Assembly: GCF_001997385.1 (NCBI RefSeq) | Contig: NZ_CP019633.1 | Coordinates: forward strand, 570,001 to 602,000 | Direction: 5' to 3' | Origin: Sedimentisphaera cyanobacteriorum | GTDB taxonomy: Bacteria > Planctomycetota > Phycisphaerae > Sedimentisphaerales > Sedimentisphaeraceae | Length of the DNA: 32,000 nucleotides | Shown: positions 16,449 to 24,898 of the stretch, piece by piece | Layout of the letters: the number at the start of each line of letters is the position of its first letter | Numbering within the stretch: the first letter of the stretch is position 1 | Notes under the pieces: model-generated | The model's input: only the letters and a program-made list of their open reading frames with translations | Database searches by the model: none | Told to the model about the DNA's origin: nothing | Position numbers and translations under genes: made by a program

Positions 16449-18311
16449 ATGCTTATGGTTACAGATGTTGTTGAAATTGCAGTGATAATGACTTATCTGG
16501 TTTTGGTTATTATGCTCGGCTGGCTTGGCTACTCCAAAACGAAGACAGCTTCGGACTTTATGCTTGCCGGCAGGGGAACTCACCCTTTCGTAATGGCTAT
16601 GAGCTACGGAGCCACATTTATCTCTACAAGCGCAATTGTAGGTTTTGCCGGCGTTGCGGGTATGTTCGGAATGGGCGTATTATGGCTTACGTTTCTTAAT
16701 ATTTTTGTAGGTATATTCGTAGCCTTCGTTTTTCTCGGCGAAAGAACGCGCCACATGGGGCACGTTCTCAATGCCCACACCTTCGCAGAGCTTCTCGGAA
16801 AGAGATACAGCAGTAAGGCGACGCAGGTGTTCTCCGGAATTATTATCAGTCTGTTCCTGCCGCTTTATGCTGCCGCAGTTTTTATTGGTGCATGCGAGTT
16901 TATCTCAGCACACTTCGGAATATCTTACCACCTAGCGCTTCTGCTTTTTGCTGTGATAGTAGCTTCATACGTGGTAACAGGCGGGCTCAAAGGCGTTATG
17001 TACGTAGATGCTATGCAGGGAACTATTATGACCGTCTGTTTGATTACTTTGCTTATCCTCTGCTATAAGATGGTAGGCGGTGTTGCAGAGGGGCATGCCC
17101 AGCTCACTGAGATGTCCGGCGAGGTTTTTGTGGGTTTCAAGGCGATTGGCCATCAGGGCTGGACAGAGATGCCCAAATTCGGCTGGGGAGACAGCCAGTA
17201 TGACCTCTGGTGGATTATGGTTTCGAGCATAATCTGCGGCGTAGGTTTCGGCGTGCTCGCTCAGCCTCAGCTTTCTGTGCGTTTTATGACAGTACGCAGT
17301 AAGAGGGAGCTCAACAGGGGTGTTCTGATTGGCGGATTGTTTATATTGCTTATTCCGGGTACTGCTTTTGTTGTGGCAAATCTCTCAAACGTTTATTTTA
17401 ATAAATATGAAACAATTACCGGCCAGCTTCTCTCACGTACTGAAAGGGCGGATGTTATAGCGAAGAAAACAAGGGACGTGGAAAAAACGATACCCTGCAG
17501 TCTCCTTCATATTGATGAAGACGGCGATAAAAAGGCAGATTTCAATGTCATTGAGAAAGGCCTCGGGAAGGCGGCTGCTATTATGCCAAAGGCTGAAGTA
17601 AAGCAGCTTGAAAACGGGCTTATTCAGGTTAAGCCCCGAGGTACTGCCTTCAAACGTGCTCTGACGCAAACAAGAAACGGCCGCTGGATGCTCAACGCAG
17701 ACAGCGTAATCCCAAACTTTATTCGATCTGCAATGCCCACATGGTTTTCTCTTTTGTTTCTGATTACCCTGCTCTCAGCGGGAATGAGTACGCTCTCAAG
17801 CCAGTTCCATACGCTGGGCAGCACGTTTGCCCACGATGTTTTCAGGAAGCTTAGAAATAAGGAAAACAGCAGTGTTAAGGTAACAAGAACGAGCATTTTG
17901 GTGGGTATCATAATTGCTATGTTTCTGAGCCTGTATGCAAGGGGAGGCTTTATTGTTGCCCGGGCTACAGCAATCTTCTTCGGCCTTTGCCTCTCCTCGT
18001 TCCTTCCTTCGCTAGTAGGCGGGCTCTTTTTCCGAAGAATGACAAAGGCTGCGGCTCTGAGCTCTATGACAGCGGGGTTCGGCGTTACGGTATTTTGGCT
18101 TCTTTTCGTTAAAGCCAAGGAGGCAGGAGCAATAGGCCTTGTTCAGCATTTTACCGGAGGCGAATCTTCTATCCTTGCAGGCTATCCGAACTGGCCGAAT
18201 GTTGACCCGTGCTTTGTGGCTCTGCCTATATCAGTAATCACTGCTGCTTTAGTAGCCGCATTTACAAAGCCCAATACAAGCGAGGATTTGGAAAAATGCT
18301 TTGCAAAATAG
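16449..18311 (+). CDS. Sodium:solute symporter (SSS) family transporter, paralogue 2
   Basis: 620 aa and colinear with paralogue 1, with no indels and 27 mostly conservative substitutions counted by eye. Confidence 0.85.
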   Translation: MLMVTDVVEIAVIMTYLVLVIMLGWLGYSKTKTASDFMLAGRGTHPFVMAMSYGATFISTSAIVGFAGVAGMFGMGVLWLTFLNIFVGIFVAFVFLGERTRHMGHVLNAHTFAELLGKRYSSKATQVFSGIIISLFLPLYAAAVFIGACEFISAHFGISYHLALLLFAVIVASYVVTGGLKGVMYVDAMQGTIMTVCLITLLILCYKMVGGVAEGHAQLTEMSGEVFVGFKAIGHQGWTEMPKFGWGDSQYDLWWIMVSSIICGVGFGVLAQPQLSVRFMTVRSKRELNRGVLIGGLFILLIPGTAFVVANLSNVYFNKYETITGQLLSRTERADVIAKKTRDVEKTIPCSLLHIDEDGDKKADFNVIEKGLGKAAAIMPKAEVKQLENGLIQVKPRGTAFKRALTQTRNGRWMLNADSVIPNFIRSAMPTWFSLLFLITLLSAGMSTLSSQFHTLGSTFAHDVFRKLRNKENSSVKVTRTSILVGIIIAMFLSLYARGGFIVARATAIFFGLCLSSFLPSLVGGLFFRRMTKAAALSSMTAGFGVTVFWLLFVKAKEAGAIGLVQHFTGGESSILAGYPNWPNVDPCFVALPISVITAALVAAFTKPNTSEDLEKCFAK

Positions 18312-18355
18312 AGGCATATCCCGGATGTGCTGATGAAGCGGTTTGAATCTGATTT

Positions 18356-18385
18356 TCGGGGCGCTGGCTGATACCCTCGCCCCGA
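18356..18385. terminator. Stem-loop between the convergent symporter-2 and prfA genes (possible shared terminator)
   Basis: TCGGGGCG-(14 nt)-CGCCCCGA. It abuts the prfA stop and lies 44 nt after the symporter stop. There is no clean U-tract on either strand. Confidence 0.3.
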
Positions 18386-19471
18386 TTATATATTATCGAG
18401 TCTCTGCTGCTTATCGTGCGTTTGAAGGGCTTCTACGATCTCGTCAAGCTCGCCCATTATAATTTTGTCAAGGTGATAAAGCGTTAGATTGATCCTGTGG
18501 TCAGTAACGCGGTTCTGCGGGAAATTGTATGTTCTGATCCTCTGAGAGCGGTCTCCAGAGCCGATCATAGCCTTTCTCTGCGAATCACGCTCGGCTCTTT
18601 CCTGCGAGATGAAGTGTTCATATATGCGGCTTTTCAGGATTCGCCAAGCCTTTGCCCTGTTTTTATGCTGGCTCTTCTCATCCCGCATACTCACAGTAAT
18701 TCCGGTGGGGATATGTTCAAGCTTTATAGCGCTGTTTATCTTATTAACGCTCTGCCCGCCCGGGCCGCCTGCACGACTGACATGTTCTGCTACATCGCTT
18801 TCTTTGATGTCCACCTCAATATCTTCCGGCTCGGGCATAATTGCAACAGTAGCAGCGGAGGTGTGTATTCGCCCCTGTGTTTCGGTTTCGGGAACTCTCT
18901 GCACCCTGTGCCCGCCGCCTTCATATCCAAGGCATGCCCAAACTCCGGGGCCTTTAATTCCAGCTACAACTTCCTTTACCCCGCCTTTTTCCGAGCCCGC
19001 AAACGAAATCGTTTCAACCTTCCAGCAGTTTGCTTCAGCGTATCTGGAATACATTGAGAAAAGGTCTCTGGCAAAAAGGGCGGCTTCATCTCCGCCTGTG
19101 CCGGGGCGTATCTCGATTATGACAGAGTCTATCGCTGCATCATCCGCCATCACAAGCTTATCTTTTAAGTCCTGAAGAACCTGCTCTCTTCTTTGTTCGA
19201 GCTCTTCGATCTCCGCTTCAGCCATTTCCCGCATCTCGGGGTCCTGCTCGTTTTCAAGGATCTCTTCGGAGCCCTTAATTCCTTCAGCGCATTCATTATA
19301 CTCCCTGTAAAGGCTTACCACAGGCTTCAGTTTGGCCTGCTCCTTTGTAAGAGGGATAAGTTTGGAATGGGCTGAAGCAATTTCGGGGTCTTGTATTTGT
19401 CTGTCAAGCTCATTAAGACGTGCTTCAAGCTCGGAGAGCTTTTCAAGAAGTCTGGTATTGTCTTCGCTCAT
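18386..19471 (-). CDS. prfA: Peptide chain release factor 1
   Basis: 361 aa with the GGQ motif (GGPGGQSVNK) and an RF1-type PxT tripeptide (PET) in RVQRVPETETQGRIHTSA. Confidence 0.95.
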   Translation of the reverse strand: MSEDNTRLLEKLSELEARLNELDRQIQDPEIASAHSKLIPLTKEQAKLKPVVSLYREYNECAEGIKGSEEILENEQDPEMREMAEAEIEELEQRREQVLQDLKDKLVMADDAAIDSVIIEIRPGTGGDEAALFARDLFSMYSRYAEANCWKVETISFAGSEKGGVKEVVAGIKGPGVWACLGYEGGGHRVQRVPETETQGRIHTSAATVAIMPEPEDIEVDIKESDVAEHVSRAGGPGGQSVNKINSAIKLEHIPTGITVSMRDEKSQHKNRAKAWRILKSRIYEHFISQERAERDSQRKAMIGSGDRSQRIRTYNFPQNRVTDHRINLTLYHLDKIIMGELDEIVEALQTHDKQQRLDNI

Positions 19472-19504
19472 TAAAACCTGAATAGATTAACTAACTCTTT
19501 AATT

Positions 19505-19538
19505 AAAAAAAAGACGCTGCCTGTATTAAAGGCAGCGT
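19505..19538 (-). terminator. Rho-independent terminator after rpmE
   Basis: The minus strand reads ACGCTGCCT-TTAATAC-AGGCAGCGT followed by C and T8, 21 nt after the rpmE stop. Confidence 0.7.
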
Positions 19539-19559
19539 TTGGTAAGCTAAGCTGTTAGG

Positions 19560-19793
19560 CTAATTCTTTTTCTTTTTTACTCTGTCAAGCAGGCTGTTGC
19601 CGTATTTTCTCTGGAAACGTTCAATACGTCCTGCAGTATCAACAAACTTCTGCTTGCCGGTAAAGAACGGATGGCACATTGAGCAAATCTCAACATGCAC
19701 CTCTTTATTCAGAGTGCTGCGTGTTTCAAACGTGTTTCCGCAGCCGCAGTGAACTGTTACCTTGTTGTATTTTGGGTGTATCTTGTCTTTCAT
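19560..19793 (-). CDS. rpmE: 50S ribosomal protein L31 (Zn-binding type)
   Basis: 77 aa. The sequence MKDKIHPKY...CGCGN...[12 protein letters not shown]...[11 protein letters not shown] is the classic L31 sequence with CxC/CxxC cysteines. Confidence 0.95.
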   Translation of the reverse strand: MKDKIHPKYNKVTVHCGCGNTFETRSTLNKEVHVEICSMCHPFFTGKQKFVDTAGRIERFQRKYGNSLLDRVKKKKN

Positions 19794-20007
19794 AATAATG
19801 CTCTCCTGCCTGTCTATAAGCTATGAGCCGATTAATTGTTACAATATATAGTTCGCTGCCGGTGCTTATTTGTTCAGCTTTCGTTTTGTTTATAAATTAG
19901 ATAGCTGAAAGAAATTGCTCTGCCGGCAAATTAACGAAAGCATAATTCTATTATTCTAAAAAATATTTTCAAGCAGTATTTTTTACTTTTTGGGGAATTT
20001 CTTTCTT

Positions 20008-20041
20008 AAAAACAGAAGGCCGCACCTCAAAGATGCGGCCT
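20008..20041 (-). terminator. Rho-independent terminator after pilT
   Basis: The minus strand reads AGGCCGC-(11 nt)-GCGGCCT followed by TCTGTTTTT, 33 nt after the pilT stop. Confidence 0.7.
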
Positions 20042-20074
20042 AATCTGAATTCTCTATCAGATGCAGATGAGAAT

Positions 20075-21166
20075 TTAAAAAACTATTGGAGCGAAGTCTT
20101 TTTCGTCGTAAACTTTTCCGAGGACTTTCTGCATTTGCGTTTGGTTTGATGCTTTAGCCACAGCGTCATTTTTATAAATCGCGCCTTTATAGAAAGTATC
20201 GAGTATGCTTTTGTCCAGAGAGTGCATTCCAATTTGTCGGGATGTTTCAATGATATTGGGGATTTCGTGAAGCCGGTTGTCTCGAATGCAGTTTTTTGCA
20301 GCAGAATTGCATACCAGCACCTCCGAACATGGAATCATACCCTCCATATCTTTTCGCTGGAAAAGGGTCTGCGAAACAACTGCTTTCAGTGTATTAGAAA
20401 GCAGGCTCCTTATATGGTTTTGCTGGCCGTCGGGGTAAATGTCTATAATCCTCTCGATTGTCTGTGCGGCATTGATTGTATGGAGGGTGCTCAAAACAAG
20501 GTGTCCGGTTTCAGCAGCGGTTATTGCAGCGGATGTGGTTTCGAGGTCTCTCATCTCGCCTAACATTATGATATCGGGGTCCTGCCGCATTGCATGCTTA
20601 AGCCCGGAAGCAAAATTTGTTACATCTCTTCCAAGCTCCCTTTGCTCAATATGGCTTAATTTATTTTCAAAGAGATACTCTATCGGGTCTTCAAGCGTGA
20701 TTATACGCTTGGCAGACTGCTCATTTATTTTATTTATCGTGGCTGCAAGAGTAGTGCTTTTGCCTGAGCCGGCAGGGCCTGTAACGAGCACAAGGCCTCT
20801 TGGAAGCCCCATTATCTCTTCAATTACCCCCGGAAGTTCGAGCTCATTAAGTTCTGGTATTGAATTGGGTATAACACGAAAGGACAAAGCGGGCTTGCCC
20901 CTCTGATAATGAACGTTAACACGAAACCGGTTTCGGCTCTCAAGCATAACAGCAAAATCTATATCCTTGTTTTCCTCGAGCTTATCACGGCCGCCTTCGT
21001 AAACAAAACGGTTTAGAAACGCCGTTAAATCTTCGGATGTTATTTCAGGAAAATCCAGGCTCATTATCACCGTGTTTTTTCTGACAACAGGCGCTAAACC
21101 GATATTAATATGAATATCGCTTGCCTTTTGCTCTACTGCTTTTTCAAGGGCTTCAGTTATCTTCAT
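20075..21166 (-). CDS. pilT: PilT-family type IV pilus retraction ATPase
   Basis: 363 aa. Walker A GPAGSGKST, Walker B/Asp box DIIMLGEMRD, His box GHLVLSTLHT, and a PilT-like AAKNCIRDNRLHEI motif (compare AIRNLIRE). The size is typical of PilT/PilU rather than PilB. Confidence 0.85.
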   Translation of the reverse strand: MKITEALEKAVEQKASDIHINIGLAPVVRKNTVIMSLDFPEITSEDLTAFLNRFVYEGGRDKLEENKDIDFAVMLESRNRFRVNVHYQRGKPALSFRVIPNSIPELNELELPGVIEEIMGLPRGLVLVTGPAGSGKSTTLAATINKINEQSAKRIITLEDPIEYLFENKLSHIEQRELGRDVTNFASGLKHAMRQDPDIIMLGEMRDLETTSAAITAAETGHLVLSTLHTINAAQTIERIIDIYPDGQQNHIRSLLSNTLKAVVSQTLFQRKDMEGMIPCSEVLVCNSAAKNCIRDNRLHEIPNIIETSRQIGMHSLDKSILDTFYKGAIYKNDAVAKASNQTQMQKVLGKVYDEKDFAPIVF

Positions 21167-22643
21167 TGCCTTTTTCTTTGCTCTTTCTCACAAGCTCTTT
21201 AAGATTTCTGCCATTAAAATTCGGTTGGGGGCATTCTGTTTTCTCTAAAATATTTTTTTCCTGCTTGCTCATCTTATGCTCGCCGGGGATAATCAGCGGG
21301 CGTATGAAAACCATCAGCTCTGATTCCTTAACCGTCTCATTTTCTGATCTGAAAGCAGGGGCGATCAGAGGGATATCGCCGAGTATTGGGGCTTTGGTGT
21401 AGTTTTTGGTGGTCTCAAACCGCTTAAGGCCCCCTAAAACAACAGTCTCCCCGCTCTTGAGAAGGGCGATTGTATCAAGACGCCTGGTATTTACCGTAGG
21501 TACGCCCTGTTGGTCGGGGCTTTGGTTTTCCACGATCCCAAACTCGGGTATTATCCGCAGCCTAAGCATATCATCTCTGGTGATGTGCGGGGTTACCTCA
21601 AGCTTTACGCCTACATCCTTGAACTCAGTGGAAGTCATAGACCCTCCCTGAGATGTCTCGCTTTCTTCTTTGTATGGAATCTCACGTACTATCTCAAAAT
21701 TAGCTGTTTCGTTGTCCAGCACGAGTATTTTCGGATTCGCAAGCAGTTTGGCGAGCCCTTCTTTATGAAGCATCGAAAGAATCATATCCACACTTATTGA
21801 ATCATTGAGAAATCCCAGTCTTATTGAACCTCCGGATTCCTTGTCAAAAGAACCCGCTGCAAACGGGTCTTCGCCGGTTTGGATGGGAGTCCCCTCAGGG
21901 GCTTCTCCGCTTAATATTTCATCGCTGTAATCGATCCCGTTTCCGGTTGTCTGATGAACCTGCTGCCCGATTGAATTTGAGGTTTCTGTTCCGGCATTCC
22001 ATTCTATTCCCAGTTCCACCGAGCTGTCGCCGGATACATCGTAAATCCTCACTTCAACAATCACCTGCTCTGTTACTCTGTCCAACTCCTCGATAAATTC
22101 ATCTATAGCTTTAATCCGGCTCTCTTTGTCGGTAACGGCTATATTGCTTGTCCCCGGGCTCACAGAAACCCTGCCAGTCTCTGAGATGTAGTCTTTCAGG
22201 GCGGAGGCAACATTAACTGCATCGGCATAAGTTATCCTGTAAACCTTGCTCACAGTTTTCTCGGGCGCATTGATTACTTCGCTCTCAGGAACAATCCGAA
22301 GCATAGTATTGGTTTTTACATAAGCATAGTTGTGCACAGCGAGGATATTCTCCAAAGCCTCGCCTACAGGGACATCGCTAAGCCTTGCATTTACCGTCCC
22401 TGTAACATCAGGGCTTTTCACCATATCAACATCTGCGTACTGCGAGATCATTCTGAGAACATCATCAATTTCCGTGCCTACAAAATCAACACTGATTTTC
22501 TTGCTCAGTTTTTTATCTATCGGTGCAGATTTCTGGGCATCTTCTTTCTCGGTTGATTTTATTTCTGCAAAACAGGGCATAGAGAAAATAATGAGCCCAA
22601 AAGCAATGCAGAGCATTCGTGAGGCAGATTTTGTGCGTTTCAT
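21153..22643 (-). CDS. Secretin (PilQ/GspD family outer-membrane channel)
   Basis: The C-terminal secretin domain reads LLANPKILVLDNETANF...VNTRRLDTIALLKSGETVVLGGL...APILGDIPLI...ELMVFIRPLII, preceded by N0/N1-like domains. I prefer the start at 22643 (MKRTKSASRMLCIAFGLIIFSMPCFA signal peptide) over the ORF-track start at 22700. The gene overlaps pilT by 14 nt. Confidence 0.85.
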   Translation of the reverse strand: MKRTKSASRMLCIAFGLIIFSMPCFAEIKSTEKEDAQKSAPIDKKLSKKISVDFVGTEIDDVLRMISQYADVDMVKSPDVTGTVNARLSDVPVGEALENILAVHNYAYVKTNTMLRIVPESEVINAPEKTVSKVYRITYADAVNVASALKDYISETGRVSVSPGTSNIAVTDKESRIKAIDEFIEELDRVTEQVIVEVRIYDVSGDSSVELGIEWNAGTETSNSIGQQVHQTTGNGIDYSDEILSGEAPEGTPIQTGEDPFAAGSFDKESGGSIRLGFLNDSISVDMILSMLHKEGLAKLLANPKILVLDNETANFEIVREIPYKEESETSQGGSMTSTEFKDVGVKLEVTPHITRDDMLRLRIIPEFGIVENQSPDQQGVPTVNTRRLDTIALLKSGETVVLGGLKRFETTKNYTKAPILGDIPLIAPAFRSENETVKESELMVFIRPLIIPGEHKMSKQEKNILEKTECPQPNFNGRNLKELVRKSKEKGNEDN

Positions 22644-22647
22644 AATA

Positions 22648-23325
22648 TTAATTCCTGCTGTCTTGTGTTGTGAGGATCTCACGGCTCCTGCCAACTTCAA
22701 TTTTGATTGGGTGGCCGTTGGTGTCTTCTAAGACCACGCTTTTCCTTGTAACTTTTGCAAGTCTGTAGCCTTCGAAAGTGCCGTCTTCATTTATCATTTT
22801 TCTGTTGATAAGAGCCATAGATTTACCTTCAGGATTCATCAAAACGCCCTTAACGAAAACCTTCTTCTTAACTACCTTGGACTCCTTTTTTTCAGCCTTT
22901 TCAGTCTCTTCGCGCTTGGGCTCCTCTTGTGGCATGAGAGAGTGTTTCTGTCTGAAAGCAAGTATCTTATTGAGATCGAGCATTGGATTCTTACATTTAT
23001 CGCTGCGGAATTCAGCAGGGCGGAATTCAGCAGGCTCCCATGCGCTCTTAAAGCTTATGTTTTCCAGAACTTTGATATCAGGCAGTCCCTTCTCCTTAGC
23101 GTCTTTAGCGGCCTCATTTTTAGTATAGAAGACGTTGTAATAAACCACTACCCCCAAAATGCATGCAAGAAAGGTTATAACTGCCGCTTCTTTTACTGTG
23201 CGCGGGTTGAGATGGCCTTCCTTGCCGATAAAATCCGAATCGAAAACGCTTTTCTTGTCGGCAATCTTTCCGCTTTCTGATAGGGCGGAAAAATCGGAGA
23301 CTGTTTTTTTCTTTTTGCCAAACAT
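22648..23325 (-). CDS. Bitopic membrane protein with a GspC/PilP-like C-terminal beta domain (putative secretin-interacting subunit)
   Basis: 225 aa with one TM helix (AAVITFLACILGVVVYYNVFY) and a Lys/Glu-rich linker. The C-terminal VKGVLMNPEGKSMALINRKMINEDGTFEGYRLAKVTRKSVVLEDTNGHPIKIEV resembles the HR domain pattern of GspC/PilP. GGAGGA Shine-Dalgarno. It ends 4 nt before the secretin start. Confidence 0.35.
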   Translation of the reverse strand: MFGKKKKTVSDFSALSESGKIADKKSVFDSDFIGKEGHLNPRTVKEAAVITFLACILGVVVYYNVFYTKNEAAKDAKEKGLPDIKVLENISFKSAWEPAEFRPAEFRSDKCKNPMLDLNKILAFRQKHSLMPQEEPKREETEKAEKKESKVVKKKVFVKGVLMNPEGKSMALINRKMINEDGTFEGYRLAKVTRKSVVLEDTNGHPIKIEVGRSREILTTQDSRN

Positions 23326-23396
23326 AATAAATTCCTCCGATTAAGTTTCTGTTTCTTTAATTGTGTAGAAAGTGAGTAAGATGTTTATGTTCTTAG

Positions 23397-24687
23397 ATTT
23401 TAATTTGAAGCGCAACGCTTCGCTAATTTAATCAGCCCGCGTGGCGGGCTGGAGTTTATCGCTTTTAGCTGCCTGAATAGATAAAGAATAAGGGCGGCGG
23501 TTAAGCCGCCTCTATCCAGTATAGATTGTTGCGGTGCTCGGGTTGCTCTCCAGCATTGCCCTATCCCCTGCAACAAGATAATCTATTATAGCGATGGCGA
23601 TTGCTTTTAAAAAGTAAAAAAAGAGTACCCATTACGGTTGTTTTCGATAGAATGTTTTTTTGACGAAAAATACTCTATTTAAGGAACCGCAATGGGCTAT
23701 AGACATCTTAACATTAATGAGCGGGAAAGCATTCTAAAAATGCGATCTGAAGGAAAAAATTTACTGGAAATCGCCATATATCTCGGCAGGAGCAAGGGCA
23801 CTATCAGCCGTGAGTTGAATCGAAACATGTCCTCAACCCATGATTATAAGCCCCACCTGGCCCAGCGATATTACAGCAAACGCAGGGCCGCATCCAAGCA
23901 GCCATATCGGCTTGAACAGAATGGCCGTCTTCGTCGTCGAGTATGCAGTAAACTCGAGCAATATCACTCGCCTGAACAGATAGCAGGCCGTCTTGAAATC
24001 GACTATCCAGATAATGCCCAAATGCGTGTAAGCCCTTTGACCATATATAGTTGGGTTAAACGAGACAAGGTTGACGGCGGTGTTTTTTACAAGTTTTTGC
24101 GTCAAGGCCGTCGCAAACGACGAAAGAAGCACGGCAGTAATGACAAGCGTGGCCGGATACCGAACAAACGTTCGATCAGTGAGCGTCCGGAGGTTGTTGA
24201 CAAGCGTAATCGCTTCGGCGATTGGGAGGGTGACAGCGTCAGCGGTAAAGGACACGGTTCATTTATTGCGACACATGTCGAGCGTGCAAGCCGCTATCTG
24301 CTCTCTGGCAGGATGAAAGATAAGAGTGCCCAGAGCATGAATGAAACCACCCGAAGGTTGTTCAGGAAGATACCAAAGTCCAAGCGTCAAACGATGACAG
24401 TTGACAATGGTAAGGAGTTTGCCCAGTTTAAAGAGATGGAAAAAACAGTCGGCCTATGCTGCTACTTTGCTGATCCATACAGTTCTTATCAGCGTGGAAC
24501 TAATGAAAACACAAACGGCCTGCTTCGTCAGTTCTTCCCTAAGGGAACTGATTTTAAGAAAGTTAGTGATAAGGAACTTGACAAAGTTGTCGCCTTAATC
24601 AACAATCGACCAAGGAAATGTTTAAAATATCGGACACCAAATGAAGTGCTCTGGAGCGATGAAAAAAGTTGCGCTTCAGATTAAAAT
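23397..24687 (+). mobile_element. IS30-family insertion sequence (~1.29 kb)
   Basis: Terminal inverted repeats match 19/20: ATTTTAATTTGAAGCGCAAC at 23397-23416 vs the reverse complement of 24668-24687. The right IR overlaps the transposase stop. I found no convincing 2-3 bp direct repeat, so the ends are uncertain by a few bp. Confidence 0.8.
23692..24684 (+). CDS. IS30-family DDE transposase
   Basis: 330 aa with an N-terminal HTH (GRSKGTISRELNRN), GDWEGDSV, and YFADPYSSYQRGTNENTNGLLRQFFPKGTDF. These are all classic IS30-family blocks. Confidence 0.9.
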   Translation: MGYRHLNINERESILKMRSEGKNLLEIAIYLGRSKGTISRELNRNMSSTHDYKPHLAQRYYSKRRAASKQPYRLEQNGRLRRRVCSKLEQYHSPEQIAGRLEIDYPDNAQMRVSPLTIYSWVKRDKVDGGVFYKFLRQGRRKRRKKHGSNDKRGRIPNKRSISERPEVVDKRNRFGDWEGDSVSGKGHGSFIATHVERASRYLLSGRMKDKSAQSMNETTRRLFRKIPKSKRQTMTVDNGKEFAQFKEMEKTVGLCCYFADPYSSYQRGTNENTNGLLRQFFPKGTDFKKVSDKELDKVVALINNRPRKCLKYRTPNEVLWSDEKSCASD

Positions 24688-24898
24688 TTTGATTTCCCAG
24701 ATAAGAAACTTTTTTATTGCCTCATTTGTCTGCGGGATATAACGAACAAAATAAAGTTTTATGGGTATAAATTGTTAAATAATGCTATTGTTTCTGCCTT
24801 CAAAAATTAAAATTTTATTTTCAAGAAGCAAAATAAGTGTTGCAGATTTTTAATCTGGTATCATTTCGTAATTGAAACATTAAAACAGGGAAATTGCT

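Larger units (their letters stand above)
14394..18311 (+). repeat. Tandem duplication of the symporter gene (units ~14394-16278 and ~16428-18311, offset 2033 bp)
   Basis: Homology starts about 22 nt upstream of each ATG (GTTTTTATAAGGAAAAGATTATG vs GTTTTTAAGGGGAAAAACTATG) and ends at the stop codons. Roughly one nucleotide in ten differs, mainly at third codon positions. Confidence 0.9.

Noticed and set aside
14350-18118. Minus-strand ORFs 14350-14745, 15070-15636, 15684-16085, 17433-17669 and 17624-18118, which appear conserved in pairs
   Set aside because: They are antisense shadows of the two symporter genes. Their apparent conservation is a by-product of the tandem duplication. They have no start context and no recognisable domains.
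18497-19175. Two overlapping plus-strand ORFs of about 187 aa
   Set aside because: They are antisense to prfA, which is unambiguous. The translations are Ser/Pro/Cys-rich and have no motifs.
18386-19471. RF1 carries PET instead of the familiar PAT/PVT stop-codon recognition tripeptide
   Set aside because: The motif is defined as PxT with a variable middle residue. The GGQ motif and the rest of the protein are canonical, so there is no basis for proposing altered decoding.
22644-22700. The longer secretin start at 22700 given in the ORF track
   Set aside because: The extra 19 aa (MKLAGAVRSSQHKTAGINI) precede a textbook signal peptide starting at MKRTKSAS and would overlap the upstream gene by 53 nt. 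A start at 22643 leaves a 4-nt gap. This is not proven.
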